From the NCBI RefSeq assembly GCF_009914755.1, contig NC_060932.1: DNA of 64,000 nt; one strand, 5' to 3'. A model generated the notes under the pieces. The model searched no databases. It was not told the origin of the DNA and worked only from the letters and a program-made list of their open reading frames with translations. The position numbers and the translations under genes are program-made. Positions within the stretch are counted from its first letter, which is position 1, and each line of letters begins with the position of its first letter. Origin of the DNA: the human T2T-CHM13v2.0 reference genome, Homo sapiens. Positions 16,418 through 31,364 of this stretch are shown here, one piece after another.

Positions 16418-17907
16418 TCATCAAATTGCATACTTAAGACTTGTGGGTTTATACTGATGTGAATTTTACCCTCTAAGATTTAAAAAATAGTAAGCGGTAC
16501 TGAGCTCTATTTAATATGCACATACTAAAGTTGGAGGGGTCTCCAACTTTACTTTGAAATGCATCGACAAATAAGGCAAAATGTTAATTACAGAATCTAG
16601 GTGGAAGTATAACTCTTTTTCACCTTCTGTTTGAAAATGTATGTAATAAAACCTTGGGGGAGAAAGGCACTGACTACTCGACCTCACTTATCACCACCGA
16701 TAATCATTTTCTTTTGGAGTCTTTCCTAAACTCCTTGGGGCTTATTTCTAATCATGATCAGCATCTGCACGCTCTCGTATATGTAAAAGAAATTAATGAA
16801 TTATGAGGGCCTTTCTAGACAATCATGAGACATGTTTCTGCCAACCCTTGCTGTATTTGATGTGCTTTGATGTACTTCTACTTTGTGCTTTGATGCACCT
16901 CTACATCAACCTTCGCTGAGCACAAGGCAATTCCCCCTCCTTTGAGTCCTTAGATTCCCACCCAGTCTGGGAATTCACGATAGAAACACGACGGGACACA
17001 GAACTAATATAACCAAGATGCCACCACAAAATTCAGTTAAATGTGCTGAAACATGAGGCGGTAAACTGTGTCCCCGACTGTTTCGGGTTTCTGAACCAGC
17101 AGCTTTGTCTACGAAACACACATTCAGGATACCGTGTAAGGGTTAGAACATGTTACCACCACCAACTGTTGGCAGTCAAGACAGTAGTTGATAAGCCACC
17201 CGTCTACCAATCTCCCTCTTTCTGCCTAGGAACCATGGCGCGGACGGAAAAACGAAGCCATGGTGACTAATCCTCAGGCTCCAGGAGGTGACTGGGGTGA
17301 GTGAAGGCGACTTGACCCAATCAGGAGCGCCGCAGGGGCGGAGCAGCAGCCTCGAGGCTTCCAGAAGGGGCCAAAAGCCTCTCGCTGGCTACCTGACACC
17401 GGGGCTTCCCCGCCGCCAGGCCCCAAGTGGCGTCAACTTTCCTCCACCAGAGGGGGACCGCGCTCCCCGCGCCCCCCAGGAATCCGACTTCCTCCGCAGC
17501 TGTCACCAGAGGCCGGCGCGGGGCCCGCCCCGCTCCATTCATAACCAGGACCCCAGCCGTTGCAGCCCACAGCGCCGCCCGCCCGCCGGGCTTCGGGAGG
17601 CAAAGGTGGCGGCGGCGCACCGCGGAGTAGGGGCTGCGGGACCCCGGCCCCTCAGGGCTGCGGCCGGGCCCCCTCCCCGGAAACAGCAATGCACCACGGG
17701 AGAGGGGTGGGGGCCGCACGCCGCCAGGAGGGGACGGCGACCCCCGGCGGCGAGACCCCCGCGCGCTCCCCCACTGGCACACGCCCCCTCGCCCCAACTG
17801 CTGCGGCTCCGGCTCCGCCAAGCGTCCAGCAGCCGCCCGAAGGTCCTGAGGCGCGGCCCGCCGCCCAGCCCCGCCGCCGCCGCCGCCGGGGGCACAGACA
17901 GCCGCCG

Positions 17908-17917
17908 CCGCCATGTT
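17908..17917 (+). promoter_or_regulatory. YY1 consensus site in AZIN1 intron 1
   Basis: CCGCCATGTT matches CCGCCATNTT; typical position just downstream of a TSS. Confidence 0.55.
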
Positions 17918-18047
17918 CGAGGCGGCCGGCCGCGGGGCGCTGCGGGGACGTCTTAAGGGCGGCGGGGCCCAGCCGGAGCCCCCCAGCCGCCCCCCAAGGC
18001 CAGCCCCGCGTCCTGGCCCCTCCCGCGCTCCTCGGCTCGGTACTCAC

Positions 18048-18101
18048 GTGAGATAACGGCCCAAAGAGTCGGGTAAAGCGTCTTCTCTTTTTCGGCGGAA
18101 T
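18048..18101 (-). CDS. AZIN1: AZIN1 uCC part 1, AUU-initiated: (I/M)PPKKRRRFTRLFGPLSH
   Basis: Minus strand AAAA-ATT-CCG-CCG-AAA-AAG-AGA-AGA-CGC...CAC; 18 codons ending in phase 0 at the exon 1 donor; matches the known non-AUG uCC of AZIN1. Confidence 0.92.
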
Positions 18102-18103
18102 TT

Positions 18104-18157
18104 TTAAAGAGGGATGTGGTTACCTTGAGCAGAAATACCCAAGGCGGCCTGGGCCAT
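18104..18157 (-). CDS. AUG uORF in exon 1, MAQAALGISAQGNHIPL*
   Basis: Only AUG in exon 1 (context CCT-ATG-G); TAA at 18106-18104 ends 2 nt before the uCC AUU; translation not shown by sequence. Confidence 0.5.
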   Translation of the reverse strand: MAQAALGISAQGNHIPL

Positions 18158-18399
18158 AGGCTGCGGGAACGACTTGGGGGTAAAAGCGCGGCACCGACAC
18201 CAGCTGTGTGCAGCAGTGGCGGCGGCGGCCGAAGGAGAAATAGAACAGCGCAGGCAAAAGAAGAAAGGCGCGGGCTGGGTGGGAAGAGGATTCGGACTCG
18301 TCACACTGCAGAGCAGCAGAGCGAGAAAGGATGAGAAGAGGCAGAGAAGGCGACGGCAGAAGAAAAAAGGAAAAACTGCGGCCGCGATCAGAGCCTGAA

Positions 18400-18540
18400 A
18401 GTGTGAGAAGGCGGCGCCAGCGACGCCAGTATTTATATTAGGGGGCGTGGCCTGGTGACATCACAGCTGGCCGGGCAGCCGCGCGAGCGGGGCGGAACCC
18501 GGTTGCAGCCCGGAGAAAAGGGAGGGGGACGGAAGAGGAA
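18400..18540 (-). promoter_or_regulatory. AZIN1 core promoter: TATA box, Inr, GC boxes, CRE-like, E-box and ETS motifs
   Basis: TATAAATA (minus, 18437-18430); GGGGCGTGG 18442-18450; TGACATCA 18456-18463; CAGCTG 18464-18469; GGGGCGG ~18489; CGGAAG ~18530. Confidence 0.75.
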
Positions 18541-20186
18541 GGAGGACTGAGCCCGGGAGAGAGAGGGGAGGGGTCGGCGCGCGACCGGGTCATGCAGGTG
18601 CAGACTGGCCGGTCGCTTCCCGCCCTCCAGCCACCCGCAGCTCCCCGGCAGGCGAAGGGCGGCCGCGCGGGTGTGGGCCGAGAGAGGGAGGCGGCTCGGC
18701 TGGAGCGCGCCGTCCGCCCGACCCCCGCCGCCTCTCGGGCGCCTGCGCTCACGCTGCGGGGCCCAGCGCATTGTGAGCCGGGTCGAGCTCCACGCTGGCA
18801 GCGTCTGAGAGCTGTCCTGGGCCGGAGGTGGCGCGAACCCTGTGCGGCCTAGAGTGGGCCTGGGGTAAGCCTGTCGGCGCCGCTGCCGAGCCTTCGCGTC
18901 CAGCTCCCTCCGCTTTGTGAGGCCTGTAGTTTACCCTGGGGAGTGTCCTCCCGGGCTGAGGCGCCCGCCCTCGGTGATGCGGTACTCCTTTAGGGAAGCG
19001 AGTTCCTCGTGGCCAGAAAGGACCGGCCCAGTGTCCGGGTGTTAAAAAGGGTTGTGACCACGTGAAAATGTCCTCAGTGCTCGAACGTTGCAATACGGTG
19101 CAGTGGAAATTTTTTAAAGGAATATGGCTTTTATGTCTTCATTTTTAAAAGGATTGGTGGAGTCAGTCCCAAGCAGGACCCGCGTTGGAGAGGGGATTAC
19201 TGATGTTACAAGCGCACATTACTTCAATCCCCTAGGTCTCATTTTCGCGGTCGTTTTAATTTTTCTACTCCACAACAGACTTTTTTTTACTAGGGGTTCT
19301 AAGATTACCTACATAGCTTTTAATTTATTTTCATCTTTTTTAGATGCCTCAGCACTAATGATCATGATCAGAGACCCCGAGTTCTCTCGTGCTGCTACGC
19401 TTCGCAACACATAGCACAAATGGAATATGTGTTGACACACCCCTCTAAAGTTAAGATCTTTGATATTAAGACCCTGACTTTTTTCCCTTTCATTCTTCCG
19501 AACCCTCTGTGTACTTTGAGCAGCACTGTGGTTGATTAATAAATCATCAAATGTGAAAGGAAGAAAGCGACCTTCCTGTGTGGAAAAGCAGGGTATCTTG
19601 CGAGGCTGTATGAGAGAGTATTCGGTAGAATCAGGAGCTGTGGACGCATTCCTGATTTTGTTTTTCCTTATTTTGCTCGGCTATATCTTGGCTCTGTCTT
19701 TTATTTCTTCAAAGTTCTGTTCTATTCAGAACATTTGAAAACACAGCCATTCACTAGACCCTCTCTGGTGGAGGAAGAAAAACTAGAGATGAATACAATA
19801 TTTGAAACCTTGCTTACAATCTAGCAGGGGAAATAAGACAGCAATACAAAATAAATTGTTGGCTGATACAAATAAAATGCTGCAAGGACCAAGTGGAGGG
19901 AAGAGATGATTGCAGCTAAGTGAGAGAAAGGCTGCTGGGGAAAGGTAAAGAGTGATTTTGAGAAAAGCCTTTCTAGACAAAGGTGCTTCCTTTTTCACCA
20001 AACTCGCCTGTTTGGTGATTTTGAGAGTAGATGTTCCAGTGTTCCAGGCAAGGGAAACGGATGAGAGAAGGCACAGAAGTGGGTGGGTTTAGAGAATTGT
20101 GAATAGCCTTTCTGGTTCCAGCATAGGGGCATGGTTGCAAATGAGATTGAAACGGTAGATTAGGGTGACATCAAGAAGACATTGGA

Positions 20187-20496
20187 GGCTGGGCGCAGTG
20201 GCTTACACCTGTATTCCCAGCACTTTGGGAGGCCGAGGAGGGCGGATTACCTGAGGTCGGGAATTCGAGACCAGCCTGACCAACATGGAGAAAACCCGGC
20301 TCTACTAAAACTACAAAATTAGCTGGGCATGGTGGCACATGGCTGTAATCCAGCTACTCAGGAAGCTGAGGCAGGAGAATCTCTAGAACCTGGGAGGCGG
20401 AAGTTGCAGTGAGCCGAGATCACACCATTGCACTCTCCAGTCTGGGCAACAAGAGTGAAACTGCGTCTCAAAAAAAAAAAAAAAACAAAACAAAAA
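20187..20496 (+). mobile_element. AluS
   Basis: Dimeric Alu consensus with A tail. Confidence 0.95.
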
Positions 20497-20689
20497 ATTG
20501 GAACTTGGACTTTATTCTGGAACCATATAAACAGGAACATGATATGCTCAAAAATATGTTTTTTAAAAGATTACTCCAGCACCAGTGGGTGGTATTGAAA
20601 AGAGGTAGAAAGTTTGGAAGTGAAGGAAACTCTTACAGCAGTTTTCTGGGGTCTTTTGGTTTACTTATTTATTTATTTTAGTACTAAGG

Positions 20690-21025
<336 letters not shown>

Positions 21026-21176
21026 TCAGAATGGATGGGAGGGAAAACGCACAGAGAGAGTAGAGATAATCTTGACTTTCAAAGGAGATGAGAAGGTGTC
21101 AAGTGATTTGGGGATATTAAGCTTATCAACAGGGAGAATTCTGGAGCCATAAACAGAGATAGAAATAGAAGGACCC

Positions 21177-21794
<618 letters not shown>

Positions 21795-22199
21795 GAGGCT
21801 GCTCTGATACAGAGTTTTAGCTGTTGAAGAAATAGCCAGGTAAAAATGGTCCAGAGGCCTCTGAAAATGGGGAGATCTAGAACCCTTTGGGTGTGAATTT
21901 GGGAGCCTTTCCTACAGACATGATAATTAAGGAATTATTGAGGTATAGAAGAAAAGAGTATAAGCACAGGATCTAGAGAATGCCAGAGATAAAAGACAGC
22001 CGCAGAGAAGACCAAGAGGCCGAAGAAAATGACAATAGTGCAATGCTATGCTATTCAAGGAAGAGGGTGCTTATCGCAAAACGGGATGAGTGATCAGGGT
22101 TGTCATATCCTCAAACAGGTTGGAAAGGGGATTCTGATTTTGCCAAATGGCAAATCACTGGTAAACTCCAATCTCATATTTAAAAGTTTGGGTTTATCA

Positions 22200-22349
22200 A
22201 TGCTATAGGAACTATATGCCATAGGACCCTAACTCTTATTTAAATCAATTTGTCTCTGGCAAAATTGGTTTTGTTATATGGTTAATGGTTTGACTTAAAG
22301 TTACAGTTTCCAAGAACCTATGGATGACATCAAATGAGGATGTACTGTA
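22200..22349. mobile_element. MER82-like Tigger remnant
   Basis: CTTAAAGTTACAGTTTCCAAGAACCTAT...TGAGGA..TACTGTA, the same terminus as at 205-260. Confidence 0.6.
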
Positions 22350-22439
22350 TTAAGTACTATTGTATATAGTAGATTATGGCATTGTAGCATTATAGTATAT
22401 TATTGCAGTCTTAACAGTTGGGAGTATAATGTGTTTTAG

Positions 22440-22815
<376 letters not shown>

Positions 22816-23441
22816 TATCTCACCTTCTTGATACTACAAAACCTTCCTCAGTCCCCTGTTTGTTCTCTTTGCTCCCAAGTGCAATCCCTGTGTGGGCCTG
22901 CATAGCTTACACTACTTTCCTCTTCTTGTCTGAGGGAATGTGTAACTAATAAACTGTTGTTGATCTTTAAAGAAAAAAAAAGTTTGGGTTTATATTCCAA
23001 AGGCGTTGGAAAAGGCTTCAATCATGGAAATGATTTGTATTTTAGAAAAGGTGAGAAAGTGGGGCTGGAAAGGTAAAATACTCTTAAGTTTTTGGCAGGC
23101 AGAACATACGTGAAGCCATTGTAGTCATTCATGGAGAATAGCAAGGGCCTGGAAAGAATTTTATCTGTAACCTTTAACAGAGTAATATCAGCAGAGTAGG
23201 AGAAACAGGAAGTTGTAAAGGGTTGAGTGAGGGGCACTTGCAGTCAGTGAATGTTGACCTCTCTTTAAGTAGATGATACTGGACTAGAGCCTAAGCCAAC
23301 ATCATTTGCACCATGAAGCAACTCAACAACATTTATTATGAAAAGTATGTGCCCACACAATTAGTATTTTTGTATTCAGATTTAAAGAATAATGCTAGCT
23401 TTACATGAATACAATAGTGCTTTGAAAACTATACCACAGTA

Positions 23442-23729
<288 letters not shown>

Positions 23730-23998
23730 CTACATTGGAATAGACAACATAGTGTAACTTTAATGGAAGGATAGCTATCTAATGAGAATGGCATATTTAA
23801 CTGTGTTTGGGGTTTTAGTTATTTTGCCAAGTCAGGTTACTCATACACAAATATGCAGGTAGTGCCAGCAAAAATATTATCATTAAATAGAGCCCTAAGA
23901 TAAAATAATATAATACTGTTCCTACTTAAATCACCTAGGTCCATTGATTCAAACTTATATGCTTTTGTGCCAATAGATATGAAAGATTGAATGAATTA

Positions 23999-24337
<339 letters not shown>

Positions 24338-24428
24338 TCATCACCCTATAATAGAAATCTCATGTAACCACATATATAAAGGTTAAGAGTTTATTGGTAA
24401 TTGAGAGTAAAAATCCCAGTTTAATGGA

Positions 24429-24788
24429 TGCTATAGTTTGAATGTGTACCCCAAAATGCCTCTGTTGGAAACTTAATCCCCAGTGCAATGTTGTTGGGAG
24501 GTGGGGCCTCATGAAAGGTAATTAGGTCATGAGGGTGGAGTTAATAGATTAATGCCAGAGGGGGTTCCTTATAAGAGGGGGAGTTCAATCCTCTTACTCT
24601 CTTTCTCTCTGTTGTCCTTTCTTTGCTCTTCTACTATGGGATGACCCAGCAAGAAGGCCGTCAGCAGATGCTGGCCTCTTGATCTTGGACTTCCCAGCCT
24701 TCAGAACGATGAGCCAATAAATTTCTGTGCATTATAAATTAGCTAGTCTGTGGTATTCTGTTACATCAGCACAAAATGGACTAAGACA
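24429..24788 (+). mobile_element. MST-family MaLR solo LTR
   Basis: TGCTATAGTTTGAATGT start, GATCTTGGACTTCCCAGCC, AATAAATTTCTG, GGACTAAGACA end. Confidence 0.85.
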
Positions 24789-25146
24789 ATAGGAATGTTT
24801 AAAGATAGCTTCCTATAAATTTTTATTGCTAAGGTAAATTCCTGGAATACTCCTTATCCTGTAGAAAACCAACATATATAGATGTTGAATAGTAAAAACA
24901 TTCACATTTTAAAACATGATATTTTAGCCATCCACTACATCTTTTTTGTGCTCCAATAACCTTTCTAAAAAGCCAACTCACTTACCAATAATCTAATGCT
25001 ATGGTATTTATGGACTAGCAAAAATGTTTCAAATTACATTGCTGGGTACAGAGTTTAGATTATATACTATTCTCTCTTTTAACTAAATAGATGTAAAAAG
25101 CCTAACAGATGCTCCTTTATTTGCTGAGTATCTGTTACTAAAATCC

Positions 25147-25697
<551 letters not shown>

Positions 25698-26215
25698 AGA
25701 GTTGTAATTTCTTTACCTGGCTTGGCTTTCACCTCAGATGAGAAATCATTTTATTTAATATAATTGTTATGTTTAATTCTTTTCACAAAATGTAGCACTT
25801 AGGTCAGTAGGGTTCTGTGCCGTTCCAGTCTAGAGATGCCCTGCATCCTAGCACTGGCTCATATTCATCACCTATATCTTTGTTCACAGGATAATTTAAC
25901 CTATGGAATGGTGTGCATGACAAACAAAGGGTGATAGAGTCCAGATTAAAATTCACATGTAAGGGAAAAGAAAAACATTTTTCCTATTTTGATTTCAGTG
26001 GCTGTGTATGCCAGTAGATGGGGGTCAGCATTTTCCCTCATCTGAGTGACTTGGAAGGTTTCTGCAATAAACAAGTCATAAGCATACACTGACGTCTTTT
26101 ATTACTTCCAGAAACAACAAATTACTCACTGTTAATTTAAGAGGGCTGCTTTAGAAACCTCTGTAAGAGGCCAAAGGAATAATCCAGTTTTACAAGTTAA
26201 ATGTAACTTAGGTGA

Positions 26216-27004
26216 TGTGTAGGGAAAACTCTATGATTTCTCTCTACTCTGACACCACAACAACAATCAACAACACGAGAAGACTTCTGTAACCAAACGT
26301 GGTTTTTTTTTTCCCCATGCACCAAGCAGTGGACACCAGCTGGGTGTCCTCTAATTCAATTCTGACACTATCTACCTGAAGATACTGTCAGAACCCACAG
26401 GTTGAGGGCTCAGTCCCCAAGACTGCCCACCCCGCAACTCCAGTCATTAAGTCCAGGCCTCCTGAACTTCTGACCTACAGGCTTCAAGTTGGGGTTCCCA
26501 TGACCTCCTCTTTGGGTTCGATTAATTTGCTAGCACGGCTCACAGAACTCTGGGAAACACATACCTGTGTTTACTGGTTTATTATAAAGGATATTGCGAA
26601 GGATACAGATGAAGAGACACATAGGGCAAGATACAGGGGGAGGGATGTGAAACCTCCATGCCCTCCCTGGGCCCGCCACTCTCCAGGAACCTCCATGTGT
26701 TCAGCTATCTGGAAGCTCTGTGAACCCAGTTCCCTTGGGTTTTTATGGAGGCTTCCTGACATCAGCATTCCTTCCCCCAGGGTACAGGGCAGATTCTTTC
26801 TGGGAAAAGTCTTAAAACCCACAATCAGAAAGATAGAAGATTAGAGTCCTGCCTTGGGGCAGGTGAAAGGAGGGCAGGAGAAGGTCAGAGGCTTGCTCCT
26901 GAGGCTTAACACACCTCACATTATAACAAAAGACTGTAACAAGGGCTGTAGGAGTTATGAGCCAGGAACTGTGGATAAAAACCAATGTATATCATAACAC
27001 CACA
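26216..27004 (-). mobile_element. MER21-family LTR
   Basis: GGACACCAGCTGGGTGTCCTCTAATTCAATTCTGACACTATCTACCTG and ATTTGCTAG..CGGCTCACAGAACTC motifs; TG...CA ends. Confidence 0.8.
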
Positions 27005-27547
27005 GATTATTAGAATAAACAATGGACAGATCCATGAGCTTGCTTTGGAAGTTAGTAAATCCTTGTAAAATTAATTTCATTTTCACTTTGCTACCAGGCA
27101 TTTTCCGATGACAAATATATTGTTTATTGCATAATATATTGTAAGATAGGTTTGTATCTCTCTATCTCAAAATAGCGACCTGGCAGCTAGCCTAACATTT
27201 TTGGTTAAGGGCTTAGAAAATGGGAGCTCTGAGATTGAGTCTTGTTGGGTTTGAATTGCGGTTTACTTTATATTCTTTCATAATGTAGCCTGGATGCTAT
27301 CACATGAGCTTATTCTTCTTCCTAAATGTTAATAATGGTAACTGCAGGCTACATTTTCTTGAATGAGACTTTTAAGATTACTGTGTCATTTAATTTGATA
27401 TTTTGCACGTTTTCTTAACCTTTTTATCGATATAAATTTGCCTTCTCTGATTGTAACTGGAAGGAGAAAAGTCCATGCAATAAAGACAATAAGATATTAG
27501 TTCTTTATCAAAATAGGGAGAAGAGAAACATAAACAACTTTCTTTCA

Positions 27548-27925
<378 letters not shown>

Positions 27926-28405
27926 TCAGTCAGTCCTAGCTCTGCTTGGCTAAGTGACTTAACTGTAAACCATCTCCATTTGTTTCAGAAAATGTATTTT
28001 CTGTTCTTTTGGAAGTACTTTTCCCTTTCTATTCCCTGTTCTGTTGTGAGCTGTCATCATAACCTGGGCCTCCCTGGCTAAGTAATTGGTACAAGGGCTT
28101 ACAACTTCTTGCCCAATCTTGGGAGTTAGTGCAGCTCAATAATGATTGGCACATGTTTGATTCAGACCGTTCTCTCCCTGGGATTTTTCTATTAATAAAT
28201 GGTTGCAGGAAGGAAGACTTGAAGAGGGAATCATTTCTTTTCCGTCTCAAGTTATGACAATATGAGTCAAGAGCTGCCAGTAACTGGGGTTCCAGGAGAA
28301 ACCTATGTGAGAAGATGAAGCCACCATTTGTCATCATAAGGGGTGGGTCAGCATTCCAGTTGTCCCATTTTTCTTGCTCTTCAGTTATACAAATAAAGAA
28401 AATTT

Positions 28406-28690
28406 AGGCCGGGTGCGGTGGCTTACGCCTGTAATCCTAGCACTTTGGGAGGCCAAGGCGGGTGGATCACAAGGTCAGGAGATCGAGACCATCCTGGCTA
28501 ACACAGTGAAACCCCATCTGTACTAAAAATACAAAAAATTAGGTGTGGTGATGGGCACCTGTAGTCCCAGCTACTCAGGAGGCTGAGGCAGGAGAATGGC
28601 GTGAACCTGGGAGGCGGAGCTTGCAGTGAACCGAGATCGCGCCAGCCTGGGTGACAGAGTGAGACTCTGTCTCAAAAAAAAAAAAAAAAG
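28406..28690 (+). mobile_element. AluY/Sc-like
   Basis: GATCGAGACCATCCTGGCTAACAC diagnostic; TSD AAAGAAAATTT. Confidence 0.93.
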
Positions 28691-29244
28691 AAAATTTTCA
28701 TTCTTATCTAAGGTAGGTCCGGCTAGCTTTCTGTCACTTGCAACCAAAAGTCCAGGCTTATACAAGAGACAGAAACAAAAAGATATTTAGGTTAAAAAAA
28801 TCAGTTGCACAAGTACAAGACAGGAGAGGCCTGCCTGATTATTCACAGTTTACATAGTACCTAGAAATGTTAGTTAACCACAAGCCTGCCATGAACCAAC
28901 GAAGGCACAGAATTGCTTAAAACAGAACAAAACCTGAGTGCAATTTGGATTGCAATAGTAAAAGTATAGGTCAGAAGGGAGGTAGCAGTTTGGTTTACTA
29001 TGTTTGGTCAGATCCTGGCTGTAGCTTTTCTGTTTTGGGGAAAAGTTGTATTGTTGTAAAGTTCTAGATAGCACATTGTACAGGAGAATGAAAACTAGAT
29101 GGTATGGAGGAGGATAGCCATAAAAGTGAGGAGATTTAGGAGAAAAATGTATTACTAGTAATGATAAAAATTCTAGAGAAAGGTTGGTGAAAAATAACAA
29201 GGGAAATAGAAAAAAGTAGAAGCAAAAGCCACCATCTTTAAACA

Positions 29245-29430
29245 CCAAATACCAGGCACTATACTCATGCACTTTATTTTGTTATTAAATCCTTCAGTAA
29301 GCTTCTCAGGTAGATAGGTCTTACTATGCCCATTTTACAAATGAGAAAACAGAAGTACAGTGAAGTTATGTAATTTGTTCAAGGTCACCTGGCTAGACAG
29401 AGAGGGTCCACATTTATATCCAAACATGTC
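29245..29430 (-). mobile_element. MIR fragment
   Basis: CCCATTTTACAAATGAGAAAACAGAAG...TTCAAGGTCAC core. Confidence 0.7.
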
Positions 29431-30044
29431 TAATCTAATACCTAAAGCCAAACTCTTTAGCTATACTACCTCTTTGGATAACTTTCACTGAATAATATGT
29501 CAAGCTCTGACAGGTAAATGAAATAAATTAGCGTCAGTACATGAGGATCAGTGGTTCCCTCTGCCAGACAGGCTATCTTGTTTCTCCCTCTGAGTTTCCA
29601 TGAGGTTTGGTTTGTGCCTTTCTAATGCCCTTTGAATTTCTTGTCTGATGTTGTTGTATTATTGTCTGAACTCTGTGAACAAGATATTAAGTTTCTTTAG
29701 GGCAAAAACTTTGGTGTTTTTTGTTTTCTGTTTTTTTTAATCTCACAGAACACTCAATACAGTGCCTTGTGCACAGACTTCTAGTGTCTTCCTAACCATG
29801 GGGTAACTGACAATGGAATGGGATTTCTCATGGAGCAGAAAGCTATTATATCACTGGATTTGTTCAGAGATACAGAGGGAATATCTGCATTGGATGTTGG
29901 ACCAGAGGAACTCCTTAGACACTTTACTTCCATAGCCCCAGTGTTCATTACATATTACATTTTTCAAAATGAAATTAGCTTTAACTTTAAATATGATGAT
30001 TGCATATTAACATAAAGAAGTTGTATTTCTTTATAATCTTTGTA

Positions 30045-30476
<432 letters not shown>

Positions 30477-30570
30477 CAAAATTAGGAAACTTTTTAATCA
30501 GTGTTGGCCATATTATTGATTTCTCCTCCCAAGAGAAATCAGCAACGTACAATAGGAAAAAAAATGCCTA

Positions 30571-31364
<794 letters not shown>

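Larger units (their letters stand above)
18048..18404 (-). other. AZIN1: AZIN1 exon 1 (pyrimidine-rich 5' leader)
   Basis: Donor CAC|GTGAGT at 18048/18047; 5' end estimated from Inr-like TCACACT (A at 18404), 33 nt downstream of TATAAATA. Confidence 0.88.
17230..19100. promoter_or_regulatory. CpG island / bidirectional promoter
   Basis: Very high GC and CpG density with GCC/CGG runs, against an AT-rich background. Confidence 0.95.

Noticed and set aside
17444-17456. CTCF-like CCACCAGAGGGGG
   Set aside because: Lacks the conserved GGC end of the core; not supportable without ChIP data
17288-19093. Multiple long overlapping Arg/Pro/Gly/Ala-rich ORFs on both strands
   Set aside because: Stop-codon depletion in a CpG island; no recognisable domain. 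Only the exon 1 uORF/uCC frames are supported
26500-26844. 114-aa ORF
   Set aside because: Entirely inside a MER21 LTR
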